Assembly (NCBI GenBank): GCA_964444125.1
Contig: CAYUFB010000001.1
Span: forward strand, 26,053 to 90,052
Source of the DNA: an uncultured Candidatus Saccharibacteria bacterium
Lineage (GTDB): Bacteria > Patescibacteriota > Dojkabacteria > B142 > JAFGMG01
Direction: 5' to 3'
DNA length: 64,000 nucleotides
Part shown: positions 61,348-64,000 of the stretch, in pieces
Layout of the letters: every line of letters starts with the position of its first letter
How positions within the stretch are numbered: the first letter of the stretch is position 1
Notes under the pieces: generated by a model
The model's database searches: none
Told to the model about the DNA's origin: nothing
The model's input: only the letters and a program-made list of their open reading frames with translations
Program-made: the position numbers and the translations under genes

Positions 61348-62151
61348 ATGCTGGATCCAAAGATAATAGGTAGAAGACTTAAATATTTTAGACAAAGAGT
61401 TGGTATCAGTCAGCTTGATCTTGAAATTGCTCTCGATATGTCCCAAGGCTCGGTAAGTAGGATAGAAAGTGGCAAAGTAAATCCCACGAAAGAGACAGTG
61501 TTGTCGATTGCTGGGAACCTACAGATGAATGATCGTGAGATCAGCTATGTTATTGGTCCATTAGCTTTGCCGCCGACTCAAAAAGAAGTTGAAAATGCGA
61601 TTCATACTATTCAGGAAGATTTTTCAAGAGATGATGTATATGCGTATTTAATTGATGATAGATTTCGTTTCCATTATATTTCTAAAGGATTTGAAAATCT
61701 TCTAAATATTATTCTTGAGAATTATCAAGAAAGATACTTAGACCTTGTTGGTACTTCTCTGTTTAGAATAGTGCTTGATGAAAGAATTGGTATCAATCAA
61801 TTTATCAAAGGAGATGTATCTCAGGTGCTTATTAGTCAATTGCTCAGATTTAATAAATATATGGGGTTTATGGTTGACGATGAATATTATTCTGAAACAT
61901 TAAATTTATTTGCAAAGTATCCTGGTGTGTCAGAACTTTGGAAACAAATTGAAAATGATAATTTGAATTTTAATTCGCTGGAGTCAAAGAAAGTCTCCCT
62001 GTCTTTTGAGTCCCTCTCATTCGATACGATTTTCGTGAGAGAACCAATCGCGAAATATCCAAGATTTGAGACTATTGAGTATGTTTTTTCTCATAAAGAT
62101 GTAATTGAATTATTAAAAGTACTAAATGCTGGATCCAAAGATAATAGGTAG
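61348..62151 (+). CDS. XRE-family HTH regulator with PAS/MmyB-like C-terminal domain
   Basis: SQLDL..SRIESG..NP; AYLIDDR. Confidence 0.85.
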   Translation: MLDPKIIGRRLKYFRQRVGISQLDLEIALDMSQGSVSRIESGKVNPTKETVLSIAGNLQMNDREISYVIGPLALPPTQKEVENAIHTIQEDFSRDDVYAYLIDDRFRFHYISKGFENLLNIILENYQERYLDLVGTSLFRIVLDERIGINQFIKGDVSQVLISQLLRFNKYMGFMVDDEYYSETLNLFAKYPGVSELWKQIENDNLNFNSLESKKVSLSFESLSFDTIFVREPIAKYPRFETIEYVFSHKDVIELLKVLNAGSKDNR

Positions 62152-62917
62152 AAGGCTAAAATATTTCAGAAAGAGGGCTGATATCAGTCAGCTTGATCTT
62201 GAGATCGCTCTCGATATGTCCCAAGGCTCGGTAAGTAGGATTGAAAGTGGCAAAGTGAATCCCACCAAAGAGACAGTTTTATCAATTGCTTGGAAGTTGA
62301 ATATGAATGATAGGGAGATTGACTATGTAATAGGTTCTTTGTTTTTTCCTGCAAATGAAAGTGAAATAGCAAAAGCAATTGAGGAAGTTAAGGGGATGTT
62401 AGACCGTCCTGGCGTTTTTGCTTACTTGATAGATGATAGATACAGACTCTTGTATTTATCTAGAGGTTTTGAAATTCTTTTTCGTAGATTATTACCTGAT
62501 TTCGAAAATAAATACGCGCGAATCAAAAATAAGAACATGGTTATTTTGTTCTGTGATGAAGATATTCAAATTGAAAAATATATGGCCAAAGACAAATTTA
62601 TTGAAATGATGAAGTTACAACTTGGAAGATTGAGGTCAAATATGGACTTTATGATTGATGATGAAAGTTATATTGAAGTTGAGAATATTATCAAGAAAAA
62701 CAAATTGATTAATCAGATATGGAATGAAATCGATTATAAAAATATGAATTTCAATACCTTAGAGTCTAGACAAGTAGTATTTAAGTTGATGGGGATAAAG
62801 ATTGGCTTAAATTTTTCACGCGAGCCTGTTTGGAAATATCCAAGGTTCGAAACTATTAAGTATATACCATCCAATAAATTTCTGCAAATATATAACAAAA
62901 TACTTTCTAGGGTATAA
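62126..62917 (+). CDS. XRE-family HTH regulator, tandem paralog
   Basis: N-terminal 55 aa nearly identical to the upstream gene. Confidence 0.85.
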   Translation: MLDPKIIGRRLKYFRKRADISQLDLEIALDMSQGSVSRIESGKVNPTKETVLSIAWKLNMNDREIDYVIGSLFFPANESEIAKAIEEVKGMLDRPGVFAYLIDDRYRLLYLSRGFEILFRRLLPDFENKYARIKNKNMVILFCDEDIQIEKYMAKDKFIEMMKLQLGRLRSNMDFMIDDESYIEVENIIKKNKLINQIWNEIDYKNMNFNTLESRQVVFKLMGIKIGLNFSREPVWKYPRFETIKYIPSNKFLQIYNKILSRV

Positions 62918-63140
62918 AATTTCACATATATTGAGTAAATGTTAGCATATTATAGGATACTATTTCTAGCGAGGAGATTCTAGTATTAGTGTACTATGGC
63001 TCTAGCACGTTCTTTGCGTAACATATGTGTACGATGCAAGGTATTGGTATATATGTATATATGGGTATTATACACATAAATTTAGATGGAGGATATAATA
63101 ATTATATTTATTAAGTGAAATTTAAGAATTATATATTTAG

Positions 63141-63179
63141 CACTATAGGTTGCTTTTGATATATAACGTATGATATTAT
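63141..63179 (+). promoter_or_regulatory. Promoter with NrdR-box-like operator: CACTATAGG-TTGCTT-N18-TATTAT
   Basis: Matches 20612-20650 on the minus strand. Confidence 0.6.
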
Positions 63180-63204
63180 ATATCCATTTGTATTATATAT
63201 AGCT

Positions 63205-64000
63205 ATGAGTGGGTTGCATAATGGTGAAAACCATGATAATAGAGGACCTGAATATACATTCTGTGAAGGAGTTTATGACCCCATTGATTCATTTCCCGAA
63301 ATACCAGCTCTTCAGTATTACGAAACACCTAGTATGAGTTTTGATCAATTTCCTTCAGTTGAAGTTGTTGATTTTGAACAAAAGGTCCAAATTACCGGAG
63401 ATGTGAATATATATGTAGTAAATGGTTCTAATTTACGCTTGCCAAAACAAGGGGAAGAGATAGATACATCGGAGCTAGAACTCGCAAATGCTGTAGCGGA
63501 ATTGTATATGGATACTTTTAGTAAGCCACCTTGGAAGCAAAGTTTTCCTAAAATTGAGAACGCTTTTGAATACTTGAGTAAATACGCAGATGAAAATTCA
63601 AGGCTTATTTTGCTCCAAGTAAAAGGTAAAATACTTGGTGGGTTCTTTTTGGTAGTGGGTACAAGAGAACATGTTGTTAACGATTTAATATCTTCAATAA
63701 ACGCAAACTATGAAATAGAAGGCAATAATATTCCAATGAATCTCTGTGAAACTGGAATACCAGTTGTTGGTACAGCAGAATTATTTGTTTCAAAAAGAGC
63801 TTTGAATCAGTTACTAGCTCGGGATGAATTTATAAATGAAATACTTAGTCAAAGATTTGATAAACGCACAATTTCACAATCAGAAATAAGTCCAATTGAT
63901 AATTTAGTCCAGAGTTTCTTTGCTGATCAAGATAATAATATTAATGTGACGGCAAAATTAAGGCATGATTTATATAGATTTTTAGTTTTATTACCTACCG
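63205..64000 (+). CDS. Hypothetical protein, possibly GNAT-like (runs off the window)
   Basis: Open frame MSGLHNGE...; AELYMDTFSKPPW and AELFV resemble GNAT elements. Confidence 0.7.
   Translation, partial: MSGLHNGENHDNRGPEYTFCEGVYDPIDSFPEIPALQYYETPSMSFDQFPSVEVVDFEQKVQITGDVNIYVVNGSNLRLPKQGEEIDTSELELANAVAELYMDTFSKPPWKQSFPKIENAFEYLSKYADENSRLILLQVKGKILGGFFLVVGTREHVVNDLISSINANYEIEGNNIPMNLCETGIPVVGTAELFVSKRALNQLLARDEFINEILSQRFDKRTISQSEISPIDNLVQSFFADQDNNINVTAKLRHDLYRFLVLLPT

Overview
AT-rich, gene-dense 64 kb chromosomal segment that looks like a Patescibacteria/CPR bacterium, probably Dojkabacteria/Microgenomates-like (inferred from gene content). It uses genetic code 11, and Shine-Dalgarno motifs are rare. 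Translation and core genes: the end of the alpha ribosomal operon (rpsM'-rpsK-rpsD-rpoA-rplQ-rplM-rpsI), greA, secA, gltX, rpmG and thrS. RNA features: RNase P RNA, three tRNAs (Gly-TCC, Ser-GGA, Gln-CTG) and a T-box-type attenuator before thrS. Other content: a PrgI/VirB4-like T4SS core, surface proteins (CAP, DUF11, sortase, LCP, GH3, lysozyme-like), two ECF sigma/anti-sigma pairs, a fermentation block (pflB/pflA, ADP-forming acetate-CoA ligase, enolase), an ABC exporter, nnr and tandem XRE regulators. The most notable signals are five. (1) The same ECF promoter motif (GTAACC-N15-CGTAAT) lies upstream of an ECF gene and inside its anti-sigma gene, predicting a truncated isoform. (2) Miniature hairpin elements flanked by short target-like duplications form arrays at tRNA and gene ends, including a duplicated promoter, leader and 5' tRNA-Gln fragment. 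(3) A T-box with an atypical 5' domain sits inside an rpmG-thrS transcript. (4) A 17-bp NrdR-box-like operator/promoter is shared by two genes 42 kb apart. (5) The DEAD-box helicase is split at an A8 run. All family calls come from motif recognition by eye; no searches were run.
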